DNA of 46,104 nucleotides from Candidatus Vogelbacteria bacterium (GCA_023267075.1 JAHFNY010000003.1:1-46104), one strand, 5' to 3'. Positions 24,552 to 32,033 are shown, numbered from the stretch's first letter. Notes: generated from the letters alone by a model not told the origin. Numbers and translations: made by a program.

Positions 24552-24846
24552 AGAACATTGGCAAGCGGAAGGAGGTGTCCTATGGTCGATTAGTCTTCTG
24601 GAGTGCCACTTGCTGGATAGATCATAGGATCCAGCAAGTGGCATAAACCAGATAAACTGGTCGCAACACCTAAATTGTTCTTTCCGCCCCAACACCACGT
24701 CCAACTCTAGATGGAGGAATTATTTATGGGCGACGATGGTGGAAAGTAGTTAGCTCTCCGTACCGTATTTAGAAAAAATTAGTTTTATGGAGAGCGAATC
24801 AAGAGGGGGAGACCAGCACAGGCCGGTCTCCCCTATTTTTATTTTT
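24552..24846 (+). ncRNA. Structured RNA of about 290 nt, unknown class
   Basis: A consensus promoter lies upstream. A perfect 14-bp hairpin spans 24605-24642. Long-range pairings are GCGGAAG/CTTTCCGC and AGGTGT/ACACCT. A further helix is CACCACGTC/GACGATGGTG. The terminator is GGGGAGACC/GGTCTCCCC plus a T-run at 24806-24846. Only 3-12 codon ORFs are present. Confidence 0.55.
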
Positions 24847-25582
24847 GTAGATCAAATATTAACTTGATTAAGCTTCTCATGGTATCAGCTAAGTCTTTAC
24901 TAACAACTGATATTCCCCCAACGGTGTCGCCTAATATATTTATTTTAGTCTTGTCTCCGTAGACACTAACGTCACATTTTATAGGATATTTATTTCCATC
25001 TATTTTAATTCTTTGAGCAGTGTTGTCTGAAGGCCGTTCACCGCTTTTATAAGTATAAATAGCTTTTGATTTTATATTGTTTTCGATTCTGATAGATTTT
25101 AATTTATCCAGTTCCTGATTGGTAAAAATATCCTCTATTAAATCACGGGGGTAAACCATATAAACTTCTTTATCAGATGAATTAGTATCAAAAAAGTCTT
25201 GCATAGAACTTAATACTCCGTCCCTACCTTCAAAATATTTGACCACTGGCCGTTCCCCGCTCTCACGTTGAATGCTTTTCAGTTGTGGAATTAGATCTTT
25301 GATTAGTTTAGCTTGTTCTTCTAGAACGATTTTTTGCCGCTCCACATAAGTTTCTAAACGTTCTGGCGATTCTGCTTGATAATTGGTTTTTTTATCTATT
25401 TGGATTTCACTCACTAACCCTTTTTTCATTAATGACCCCAATACTAAGTAGATGGTGGTACGATTGATCTTGGTTTTTTGCGATAATCCCAAGACCGAGT
25501 CATTATCAACCGCTAGCAAGGTTACATAAATCGTTGCTTCTTTATCTGAAAATCCCAAGTCTTGGAGATATTTTTCTAACAT
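24839..25582 (-). CDS. TrmB-family transcriptional regulator
   Basis: The N-terminal wHTH LQDLGFSDKEATIYVTLL...INRTTIYLVLGSLMKKGLV is typical of TrmB. Confidence 0.85.
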   Translation of the reverse strand: MLEKYLQDLGFSDKEATIYVTLLAVDNDSVLGLSQKTKINRTTIYLVLGSLMKKGLVSEIQIDKKTNYQAESPERLETYVERQKIVLEEQAKLIKDLIPQLKSIQRESGERPVVKYFEGRDGVLSSMQDFFDTNSSDKEVYMVYPRDLIEDIFTNQELDKLKSIRIENNIKSKAIYTYKSGERPSDNTAQRIKIDGNKYPIKCDVSVYGDKTKINILGDTVGGISVVSKDLADTMRSLIKLIFDLQK

Positions 25583-25610
25583 AACTTTATTATAGCAAAT
25601 CTAATTAAAT

Positions 25611-25639
25611 TTGCATTTTTTAGGATAATGTCATATAAT
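25611..25639 (+). promoter_or_regulatory. Sigma70-type promoter, divergent from the TrmB gene
   Basis: TTGCAT (25611-25616), 17-nt spacer, TATAAT (25634-25639). Confidence 0.55.
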
Positions 25640-25682
25640 AGTTTTGGTGCAAAAATGATCTTTGGTAGAAAGGAGCTGCGAA

Positions 25683-25886
25683 GTGTTAGGGCAGAATAAG
25701 CCAAAAACGATTGATTTGAAGGACTTGCTTAGTCGGCGTCGAGAAGATCTAGTGCCGGCCAAGGCGCTTAATCGAGTTGAGCAAAAGCTTAATCAAGGGG
25801 TTGTGCCACGTGGATGGTGGGCCAAACTTAAACACTGTTTAAGCCGCTTCAATAACTGGATTGATGGTTGCAATTGTGGTCGTTAG
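25683..25886 (+). CDS. Small basic hypothetical protein (67 aa, GTG start)
   Basis: AAAGGAG sits 7 nt upstream of the GTG, downstream of the 25611 promoter. The 3' 48 nt overlap the convergent 326-aa gene. Confidence 0.4.
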   Translation: MLGQNKPKTIDLKDLLSRRREDLVPAKALNRVEQKLNQGVVPRGWWAKLKHCLSRFNNWIDGCNCGR

Positions 25887-26819
25887 GCCGGTCAAGATTC
25901 GATTAATCATTTTGTTGTGGGTGAGCAGGTAAAGCTGCTCACCTTTTTCTTTTTGGGTTAAGATTTCTCTAGCATCTAAATACGGTTGTTCAAAAGTTTT
26001 AATAATTGCATTGTAAGTATAAAATTCAGCCAAAATACTTTTAGACAAAGTTTTTCTATCTTGGGTAAAACCTTCACTTTTTAAATAATCAATAACGTCT
26101 TGAGTTGTTGCAAATTCTGGATGGGGTAATTTTTGTTTATCTAAAATTCGGCCGATGTTATTAGTGGCTTCTCTGATCAGTAATTCTAAAGTTACGGTTT
26201 TAGCGGCCAGTTCTAAGTCGGCATATTTAGTATTGCCGGTCATCACTTCAGCTAACCGTTCAAAAATTAAGGGCTGAAGGGCTACAATCATTATTTGGAC
26301 TGGTTTATCCCAATTAGAGTATTTTAATCGGGTGCCTCTACCAACTACGGCTTTATCTAATTCTCGTTGGTATTTATGTTCTAAAACCGATTCTTCTACA
26401 CTAGCAGTGGCATCAATACCAAAAACTAATGGTTCTTGACCAGGGTTCTTAATGGTTATTAATAAATCTATTCCGTTCATATAATCGTCATAACGGCTGG
26501 TTAATTCTGCAGTAGCGTTAGGACCAAACCAATTAAGTTTATTGATACCATGTAATATTGCATATTCGGCTAAGACTGCGTGAGTTCCCTTTTCTTTACT
26601 AAATTTAGGCGACTGCTCAAAGTCGTTAAGACGAGTAATATCTTGGGTTACGTCCTCAGCGGTGATGGTTCTATCTCCCCTAGTCTGTCCGATAAAGTTT
26701 TCTTCTTTGGGGCGATGATAAAGAGTTAAAATTTCTTTATCAAATTCAACATTGCCAGATGTTGCTACGCCAGCTACTCCTTCATGATCCAATCTTTCTC
26801 TAAAATCACCGTGACGCAT
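25839..26819 (-). CDS. hypothetical protein (326 aa)
   Basis: Long ORF 6 nt downstream of the NYN gene. No recognisable family. Confidence 0.65.
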   Translation of the reverse strand: MRHGDFRERLDHEGVAGVATSGNVEFDKEILTLYHRPKEENFIGQTRGDRTITAEDVTQDITRLNDFEQSPKFSKEKGTHAVLAEYAILHGINKLNWFGPNATAELTSRYDDYMNGIDLLITIKNPGQEPLVFGIDATASVEESVLEHKYQRELDKAVVGRGTRLKYSNWDKPVQIMIVALQPLIFERLAEVMTGNTKYADLELAAKTVTLELLIREATNNIGRILDKQKLPHPEFATTQDVIDYLKSEGFTQDRKTLSKSILAEFYTYNAIIKTFEQPYLDAREILTQKEKGEQLYLLTHNKMINRILTGLTTTIATINPVIEAA

Positions 26820-26825
26820 ATTTAA

Positions 26826-27341
26826 TTATTTCCTCCCATTATTGATCAGATATTTGCGAGGATTCTCGGAGAGATCCAGGAAGTCGTCGCAGACTTCTTT
26901 TAATTTGCCGGACGAGCTTTTGCCAAAGGAGACCACTTCCACTTGGCAACCCAGGGCTTGGAGATGTTCCACGAGCGGGATAAAGTCGCCATCGCCGGAG
27001 ACGAGGACTACGGCGTCCACTTTGGGCGCCATTTGAATGGCGTCCACGGCAATGCCCACGTCCCAATCCGCCTTTTTGGCGCCACTGGAGAAGACTTGCA
27101 AGTCTTTCAACCGGAGTTCAATCCCCATTTTAGTCAGGGCGTCTAAGAAGGCTTTCTCCTCCCCCGACTCGGTGGTAACGAGATAAGCCATGGCGCGGAC
27201 GAGAGTCCGGCCGGCGAGCGCATCTTTTAAAATCGCGGCAAAGTTAACGCGCGCGTGGTACAAGTTCTTGGCACTGTGATACAGGTTCTGGGTATCAATA
27301 AAAACGGCCACCCGTTGGGCCTTATGCTTAGCAATAGTCAT
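26826..27341 (-). CDS. NYN-domain (LabA/DUF88-like) protein, predicted RNase
   Basis: VAVFIDTQNLYHS ... VLVSGDGDFIPLVEHLQALGCQVEVVSF is the NYN/LabA signature. Confidence 0.8.
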   Translation of the reverse strand: MTIAKHKAQRVAVFIDTQNLYHSAKNLYHARVNFAAILKDALAGRTLVRAMAYLVTTESGEEKAFLDALTKMGIELRLKDLQVFSSGAKKADWDVGIAVDAIQMAPKVDAVVLVSGDGDFIPLVEHLQALGCQVEVVSFGKSSSGKLKEVCDDFLDLSENPRKYLINNGRK

Positions 27342-27377
27342 GAAAATAGATAATCAAACTTATAAAAATTACGATCC

Positions 27378-27626
27378 TTACTTGTCACTTTTAGCGGCCA
27401 ATTTCTTTTTCTTGGTCTCAAGATACTTCTCGTGAGAGCGGCGCTTAGACACCAACTTAAGTAAGCCACGGCGAGAGTGATTGTCTTGCTTGTGCTTCTT
27501 TAAATGAGAGGTAAGTTCATTGATCCGCTCGGTTAAGAGGGCAATTTGGACCTCAGAAGAGCCCGTATCCGTCTCGTGGACGCGGGTTTTCTTAATCAAG
27601 ACTTGCTTCTTTTTGGTCGCTAACAT
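27378..27626 (-). CDS. rpsO: 30S ribosomal protein S15
   Basis: [43 protein letters not shown]. The start is taken at the internal ATG (27624-27626), because TTGCAT-17-TAGACT lies just upstream. Confidence 0.9.
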   Translation of the reverse strand: MLATKKKQVLIKKTRVHETDTGSSEVQIALLTERINELTSHLKKHKQDNHSRRGLLKLVSKRRSHEKYLETKKKKLAAKSDK

Positions 27627-27674
27627 GTTGACAAGTCTAGCATATCTGCTCAAAAAATGCAAGGCCTATGATAT

Positions 27675-27934
27675 TTATGAATAAAGCTGGTCGTGAGTGC
27701 CAATGGCGGCTAATAAGACCGTTTTTCATCAATAGATTTGTAAATCAGACGCAAGTCGCCACCAATGTTTATACTCCGATGGTTAATAAATTTACCCTCC
27801 AAACTATGATTTTTTAATAATGGATTGAAGGGGTCCTTGAGGAAAATACTTAGTCGTTTTTTAAAATTATTTTTTTGATTGGCGGTTAATCTTTTGTATT
27901 GCTTGAGAAAGTTTTTATGAGTAAAGACGTTCAT
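27675..27934 (-). pseudogene. RelE/ParE/YafQ-family toxin disrupted by a frameshift in an A5 run
   Basis: Frame 1 gives ..DPFNPLLKNHSLEGKF..GGDLRLIYKSIDEKRSY and then a stop. The adjacent frame, entered after the A5 run (plus-strand T-run 27722-27726), reads KTVLLAAIGTHDQLYS and then a stop. That is the conserved family C-terminus. Confidence 0.7.
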
Positions 27935-28206
27935 GAGTCCAAGTAATGTTCCAACTCTTTTTGATTAGTAAAGCGAGGTGAAATATTTTTACCGGCTTTA
28001 AAGTCTTTTTCAACCCTCGTTAGAAGACGCTCAAGTTTGGGCGACATTTTGAGTGGTCGGACCGAGAGATGGAGTTCCTTATCGCGGATAAATTGTTTGA
28101 GTGAGCTGTTAATAACCGTACTTAGAGATACGCCTAAATCGCCAGCTAGTTTTTTGGCTTGGGATTTGACTTTGCTATCAGTTTTGACCGTGATCAGAGT
28201 AGTCAT
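27931..28206 (-). CDS. RelB/DinJ-family antitoxin
   Basis: The N-terminal ribbon-helix-helix pattern ITVKTDSKVKSQAKKLAGDLGVSLSTVINSSLKQFI, plus a 4-nt overlap with the toxin ORF. Confidence 0.8.
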   Translation of the reverse strand: MTTLITVKTDSKVKSQAKKLAGDLGVSLSTVINSSLKQFIRDKELHLSVRPLKMSPKLERLLTRVEKDFKAGKNISPRFTNQKELEHYLDS

Positions 28207-28241
28207 AATACAAAGTATATACCTTGTATTAAAAAATGCAA
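28207..28241 (-). promoter_or_regulatory. TA-operon promoter with an overlapping 24-nt palindromic operator
   Basis: Minus strand: TTGCAT (28236-28241), 16 nt, TATACT (28214-28219), then 7 nt to the ATG. The near-perfect palindrome AATACAAAGTATATACCTTGTATT spans 28207-28230. Confidence 0.55.
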
Positions 28242-28261
28242 GCCCTTATAAATACACAAAT

Positions 28262-28300
28262 AAAAAGAAACCGCGCTGGCGCTTTAGGCGTCCAGCACGG
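28262..28300 (-). terminator. Intrinsic terminator after the 28318-28959 gene
   Basis: Minus strand: an imperfect GC-rich hairpin (CCGTGCTGGACGC..GCGCCAGCGCGG) followed by TTTCTTTTT. Confidence 0.5.
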
Positions 28301-28317
28301 TTATTGAGGTTAATTGT

Positions 28318-28959
28318 TTATGTTCCTTGAACCAGACGGAGGAACACTTCTCGCCTAGCAAAAGGATCACTTCCAGATAGAGCTGGCCAATTAATTGGTG
28401 GTAGGTCATCTTCAGTGATATTACCTCCAGGTAAATGTCCGAGGTTGTGGCTCCGAAGAAACTCACCGTATTTCACATCGCTCGGGTAGATCTTTGTTTC
28501 TCCGTAGCGGTGATTTGATACCCAATTTTCGGCCCCATACTTTTGGGTCAGTTGCTCCAGTGTCACACGGTAGATAAGGGTTAGAAGTGGGTCGTCGGGT
28601 GAACATTGCTTGCATTGGCACTTGCCTCTTTTGAGGTCTCTTGTGCCATATTGTTTTTTATTCAGATTGAACCAAAACTTCGTTTCCTGCAAGAGCGCAC
28701 AAAGAATCTCTGCTCTAGTCAGTCGTTCAAAAAGGTATTTTGCTGAAACGCTTAGTTCTCCTTTCTCTGCTGAGAAAGCTAAGTTGAGGATGAGGTCGTG
28801 AATCAGTCCTAGAGCACCTTCGGAACACCACGACGGGATTCTCCTATTACGAGATTTTGCCTGTCGGCCATTTCGAACCGCAAGAATTTTGTCGTGGAGT
28901 TTCTGGTCAGAACTTCTTTTGATTGCCTCTTTGGCTGTTTTTGCTTTGCTAAATCCCAT
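28318..28959 (-). CDS. Hypothetical protein (about 213 aa from MGFSKAKT)
   Basis: AGGAGG sits 8 nt upstream of the ATG at 28959. No recognisable family. Confidence 0.6.
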   Translation of the reverse strand: MGFSKAKTAKEAIKRSSDQKLHDKILAVRNGRQAKSRNRRIPSWCSEGALGLIHDLILNLAFSAEKGELSVSAKYLFERLTRAEILCALLQETKFWFNLNKKQYGTRDLKRGKCQCKQCSPDDPLLTLIYRVTLEQLTQKYGAENWVSNHRYGETKIYPSDVKYGEFLRSHNLGHLPGGNITEDDLPPINWPALSGSDPFARREVFLRLVQGT

Positions 28960-29128
28960 TTTCAAATACCTCCTTGGTTTGTTTCTTACCTTCCACTCCA
29001 ATTATTCTACCACTGTTTTTAGCGTAGCAAGTATATAATATTTTGTCAATCTGTACACTATACATTCTATACATTATCACTACGTCGCACAATATTTAAG
29101 GCAAATTGTGCTAAAATTAACTTATGTT

Positions 29129-29980
29129 ATGCCAGTTAATGAAATTGAAAAATTAAAGACCCAATTTTTAGAATATTTAGAGATTGAGAAGGGGCGGAGC
29201 TTAAAGACGGTAGAGAATTAGGATCGCTACTTACGGCGCTTTATTACCTTCTCCAAGTTGACCAAGCCCGGCCAAATTGATGATGATATCGTCCGGAGCT
29301 TCCGCCTCACAATTAATCGCGAGGGGTTGAAGAAGAACACCCAGAATTATTATCTCATTGCTCTGCGTGTTTTTCTTAAAGATTTAACCAAGCGCGAGGT
29401 GGCCAGTTTGGCGCCCGAGCGGATTGAACTAGCCCGCACTGGCGGCCGCGAGCTTGACCTGGTCTCCAGTGCCGAGCTCACTCGCCTCTTAGATGGTCCG
29501 AAGGGGGGCGAGCTGGAGTCACTCCGCGACAAAGCCATTTTAGAACTTTTTTTCTCTACCGGTCTGCGGGTGTCGGAGCTCGCCTCTCTACCTCGCGATT
29601 TAGATCTTGCCCGCGATGAGTTCTCTATCCGCGGTAAGGGTGAGAAGGTGCGGATTGTTTTCCTCTCTCCCACCGCTAAAACGGCAATTAAAAATTATTT
29701 GGCCAAGCGTGAGGATGCGGCAGAAGATCGCCTCTTCCCTCTTACCTCGCGCAGTCTGGAGCGATTGGTGAAGAAGTATGCCATTAAGGCCGGCATTACC
29801 CGCAAGGTCACACCGCACACTCTCCGCCACGCCTTTGCCACTGATCTCCTTCAAAATGGTGCCGATATCCGCTCGGTCCAAGCTATGCTCGGCCACTCTA
29901 GTATCTCCACCACTCAAATTTACACTCACCTCACCGACAAACAACTCCGTGAAGTCCACAAAAAATTCCATTCAAGATGA
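29129..29980 (+). pseudogene. XerC/XerD-like tyrosine recombinase interrupted by an in-frame TAG at 29219-29221
   Basis: MPVNEIEKLKTQFLEYLEIEKGRSLKTVEN-TAG-DRYLRRF.. continues in the same frame. Catalytic R (GLRVSEL), HTLRHAF, LGH and IYTH are present. Confidence 0.75.
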
Positions 29981-30154
29981 GCTTATTTATAGAGGGTTAT
30001 CCACAGGTTTAAGATTTGTCTTATATACTGTCTGATAGTACAATAAAGGACAGAAGATGATCAGGTCCTATATAGATTGTATAAGACGTATTTAAGTCTC
30101 AACTGAATTTTTTCTCCACCTCAGTGGAGATTCAAATATTGTCCCATACCATCC

Positions 30155-30186
30155 ACCCGGCGCTACGCGTCCGGGTTTGTTTTTTA
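30155..30186 (+). terminator. Plus-strand hairpin plus T-run
   Basis: ACCCGG..CCGGGT stem followed by TTGTTTTTTA. Confidence 0.45.
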
Positions 30187-31659
30187 TTATTTTACCCCGT
30201 GGCGTTTGCGGATCTCGGCAATTTCTCCAGCCTCTTTCTCTTCTTTCGCTTCTTTGCCCGCTTCGCCCAGTTTCTCCAAATCTTTTTCCGATAATTGAGC
30301 CAATTCCCCTACCCGTTTCACTAAGTATTCCTTAGTATTTAAATCCGGATTTTCTAACACTTCTTCGAGTAATGCATGTAAAATATAGCCAATTCGTGGT
30401 CCCGGCCTCTCTTTGGTTTCACGAATAACCTCTCCCCCATCTATTTTCAACATTCCCACCGAGGTTGGCGCCCGCATGGCCTCCTCAATCATTGATTCAT
30501 ACTTCCGGAGACGATAGGGCGCTTCTTTCGGTCGGCCCATGCCAATACGGTCGCAGGCCCGGACCTTCATCAAGTCCCAGACATGTTCCGGCCCCACTTT
30601 AGCCACAATCCGGCGGGCGGCGGAGAGGGTAATTTTATCAATATCGGTGAAGAACATATGACTTTTCACTAGTTTCACCACTGTATCGGTTAAATCGAGG
30701 GGGAATTTAAGATTCTCCATGATCTTCTTGGTCATTCTTGCTCCCACCACGTCGTGACCGTAGAAGGTCCAATCTTTCTTCTCATCACTCCAGCGGCGAG
30801 TAGCGGGCTTGCCAATGTCGTGGAATAAGGCCGCCAGTCTCACGTGAAACGGCCACTCCCGATCAGCCGAGTGTTGGACTACCCTCAACGTATGTTCCCA
30901 GACATCATAGATATGATCACCATTCTGTTCTACTCCCACCGATTCCAGTGTTTCACGAATAACATATGGCATCACCCCCAGCTCGACTAAGAGCCTTAAG
31001 CCAGTCATAGGCTGTTTAGACATTATGATCTTAGTAAACTCATCTCTAATCCGTTCCTTAGAAACATTGGCTAAAAGGTGGCTATTCTTGGCCATACTTT
31101 GGGCGACGGCGGGGTTAATCGTGAAACCAAGCTGGGTTGCCAGACGCACTCCCCTAATGATCCTTAAAGCGTCTTCGGTGAAACGCTCATCTGGCCCGCC
31201 AACTGTCTGAATAACCCCATTTTTGAGGTCTAAGAGGCCCTTATGCTCGTCTACCAGTTCTTGGCTGATAGGGTTATAGGCCAAGGCATTGATGGTAAAA
31301 TCGCGTCTCATAAGGTCGTCCGATAGAGAATCGCTAAAAGACACATTGTCGGGATGGCGGAAGTCGCTGTAATGACCATCTGTCCTAAAGGGCGTTACTT
31401 CAATATGTCGCAGTGATTCATCTTTAGTTTCTTCATTAACCACGGTGACGGTACCGAACTTGTTTTCATAGAAAGTCTTAGGGAAGGCGGCTTCAATCTC
31501 TTCCGGCTTGGCATTGGTGGTAATATCCCAATCGTGGGGTGTTTTATTAAGCGCCAGATCACGGACTGAACCACCCACAATATAAGCTAAAAAGCCCTTA
31601 TTTTCTAAGGTTTTAACTACTTCTTGGACTTCCACTGGGACGGGGAAAATAACCTTCAT
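30187..31659 (-). CDS. cca: CCA-adding tRNA nucleotidyltransferase with HD domain
   Basis: GGSVRDLALNKTPHDWDITT, RRDFTINA and the HD motif LFHDIGKP. Confidence 0.9.
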   Translation of the reverse strand: MKVIFPVPVEVQEVVKTLENKGFLAYIVGGSVRDLALNKTPHDWDITTNAKPEEIEAAFPKTFYENKFGTVTVVNEETKDESLRHIEVTPFRTDGHYSDFRHPDNVSFSDSLSDDLMRRDFTINALAYNPISQELVDEHKGLLDLKNGVIQTVGGPDERFTEDALRIIRGVRLATQLGFTINPAVAQSMAKNSHLLANVSKERIRDEFTKIIMSKQPMTGLRLLVELGVMPYVIRETLESVGVEQNGDHIYDVWEHTLRVVQHSADREWPFHVRLAALFHDIGKPATRRWSDEKKDWTFYGHDVVGARMTKKIMENLKFPLDLTDTVVKLVKSHMFFTDIDKITLSAARRIVAKVGPEHVWDLMKVRACDRIGMGRPKEAPYRLRKYESMIEEAMRAPTSVGMLKIDGGEVIRETKERPGPRIGYILHALLEEVLENPDLNTKEYLVKRVGELAQLSEKDLEKLGEAGKEAKEEKEAGEIAEIRKRHGVK

Positions 31660-31731
31660 TAAGCCGTATTTTAACCTAATCTTTGCGGTTTTGCCATTTT
31701 TATTGTATTTTGAGTGAGCTTTTGTTTATGT

Positions 31732-31803
31732 GCCTCCGTGGTGAAATGGATATCACGCAACGCTTCGGACGTTGTATTGTGGGTTCGAGTCCTGCCGGAG
31801 GCA
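31732..31803 (+). tRNA. tRNA-Arg(TCG)
   Basis: Acceptor GCCTCCG/CGGAGGC, anticodon stem CAACG/CGTTG, loop CTTCGGA, T-loop TTCGAGT. Confidence 0.9.
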
Positions 31804-31834
31804 TTGTTTAGAAAGAATATCTTTAGCAAATGAT

Positions 31835-31919
31835 GGGCGGATGGCGGAATTGGTATACGCGTACGTCTCAGAAGCGTATGTCGAAAGACTTGAGGGTTCA
31901 AGTCCCTCTCCGCCCACCA
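31835..31919 (+). tRNA. tRNA-Leu(CAG) with encoded CCA
   Basis: Acceptor GGGCGGA/TCCGCCC, loop CTCAGAA, long variable arm TGTCGAAAGACTT, T-loop TTCAAGT, 3' ACCA. Confidence 0.9.
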
Positions 31920-31989
31920 TTTGCTCGAGAAAGCACTTTAAAATTATATTAATCTGTGCTAAATTAATTTTGCTTTGGTCAGGAGTTAA

Positions 31990-32033
31990 GCGGGCTCGCC
32001 CGCCGTAGTCCGCCAAAAGCGGACGAAGGCGGG
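31990..32033 (+). repeat. GC-rich hairpin element (copy L1) abutting tRNA-Gly(GCC)
   Basis: GCGGGC-tc-GCCCGCC-GTA-GTCCGC-caaaa-GCGGAC-GAA-GGCGGG. The last GGCGGG overlaps the tRNA 5' acceptor strand. Confidence 0.5.

Larger units (their letters stand above)
27675..29980. mobile_element. Possible remnant of an integrative element (TA pair, orphan gene, Xer-like recombinase pseudogene)
   Basis: Two disrupted genes (toxin, recombinase) plus SD-led orphan genes lie beside a tRNA array. No att repeats were identified. Confidence 0.3.

Noticed and set aside
24486-24704. 72-aa minus-strand ORF in the ncRNA region
   Set aside because: It runs antisense through the 14-bp hairpin and the plus-strand promoter, has no SD, and is Cys/Arg-rich with odd composition. 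The region is better explained as a structured plus-strand RNA.
24552-24846. Mini-ORFs after GGAGG boxes (MVD-stop at 24587, MGDDGGK-stop at 24736)
   Set aside because: They are only 3 and 7 codons long, and the SD-like boxes are sequestered in predicted helices. They were treated as structural elements, not genes.
27627-27662. N-terminal extension of rpsO ([12 protein letters not shown]...)
   Set aside because: The extension overlaps a TTGCAT-17-TAGACT promoter and the frameshifted toxin tail. S15 homology begins at the internal Met.
29058-29075. Tandem CTATACATT repeat and the nearby GCACAAT/ATTGTGC inverted repeat as a dif/att site for the adjacent recombinase
   Set aside because: There is no recognisable 11-6-11 dif architecture and no second copy elsewhere in the window. 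It cannot be supported from sequence alone.
29219-29221. Genome-wide TAG reassignment as the explanation of the in-frame TAG in the recombinase
   Set aside because: TAG terminates several well-supported genes at expected lengths here (7022, 18394, 35677, 36808). No other conserved gene in the window needs TAG read-through.
29997-30005. Replication origin based on a perfect DnaA box TTATCCACA
   Set aside because: It is a single perfect box with no cluster, no AT-rich unwinding element pattern, and no dnaA or dnaN nearby. A single 9-mer is expected by chance at roughly this window size.
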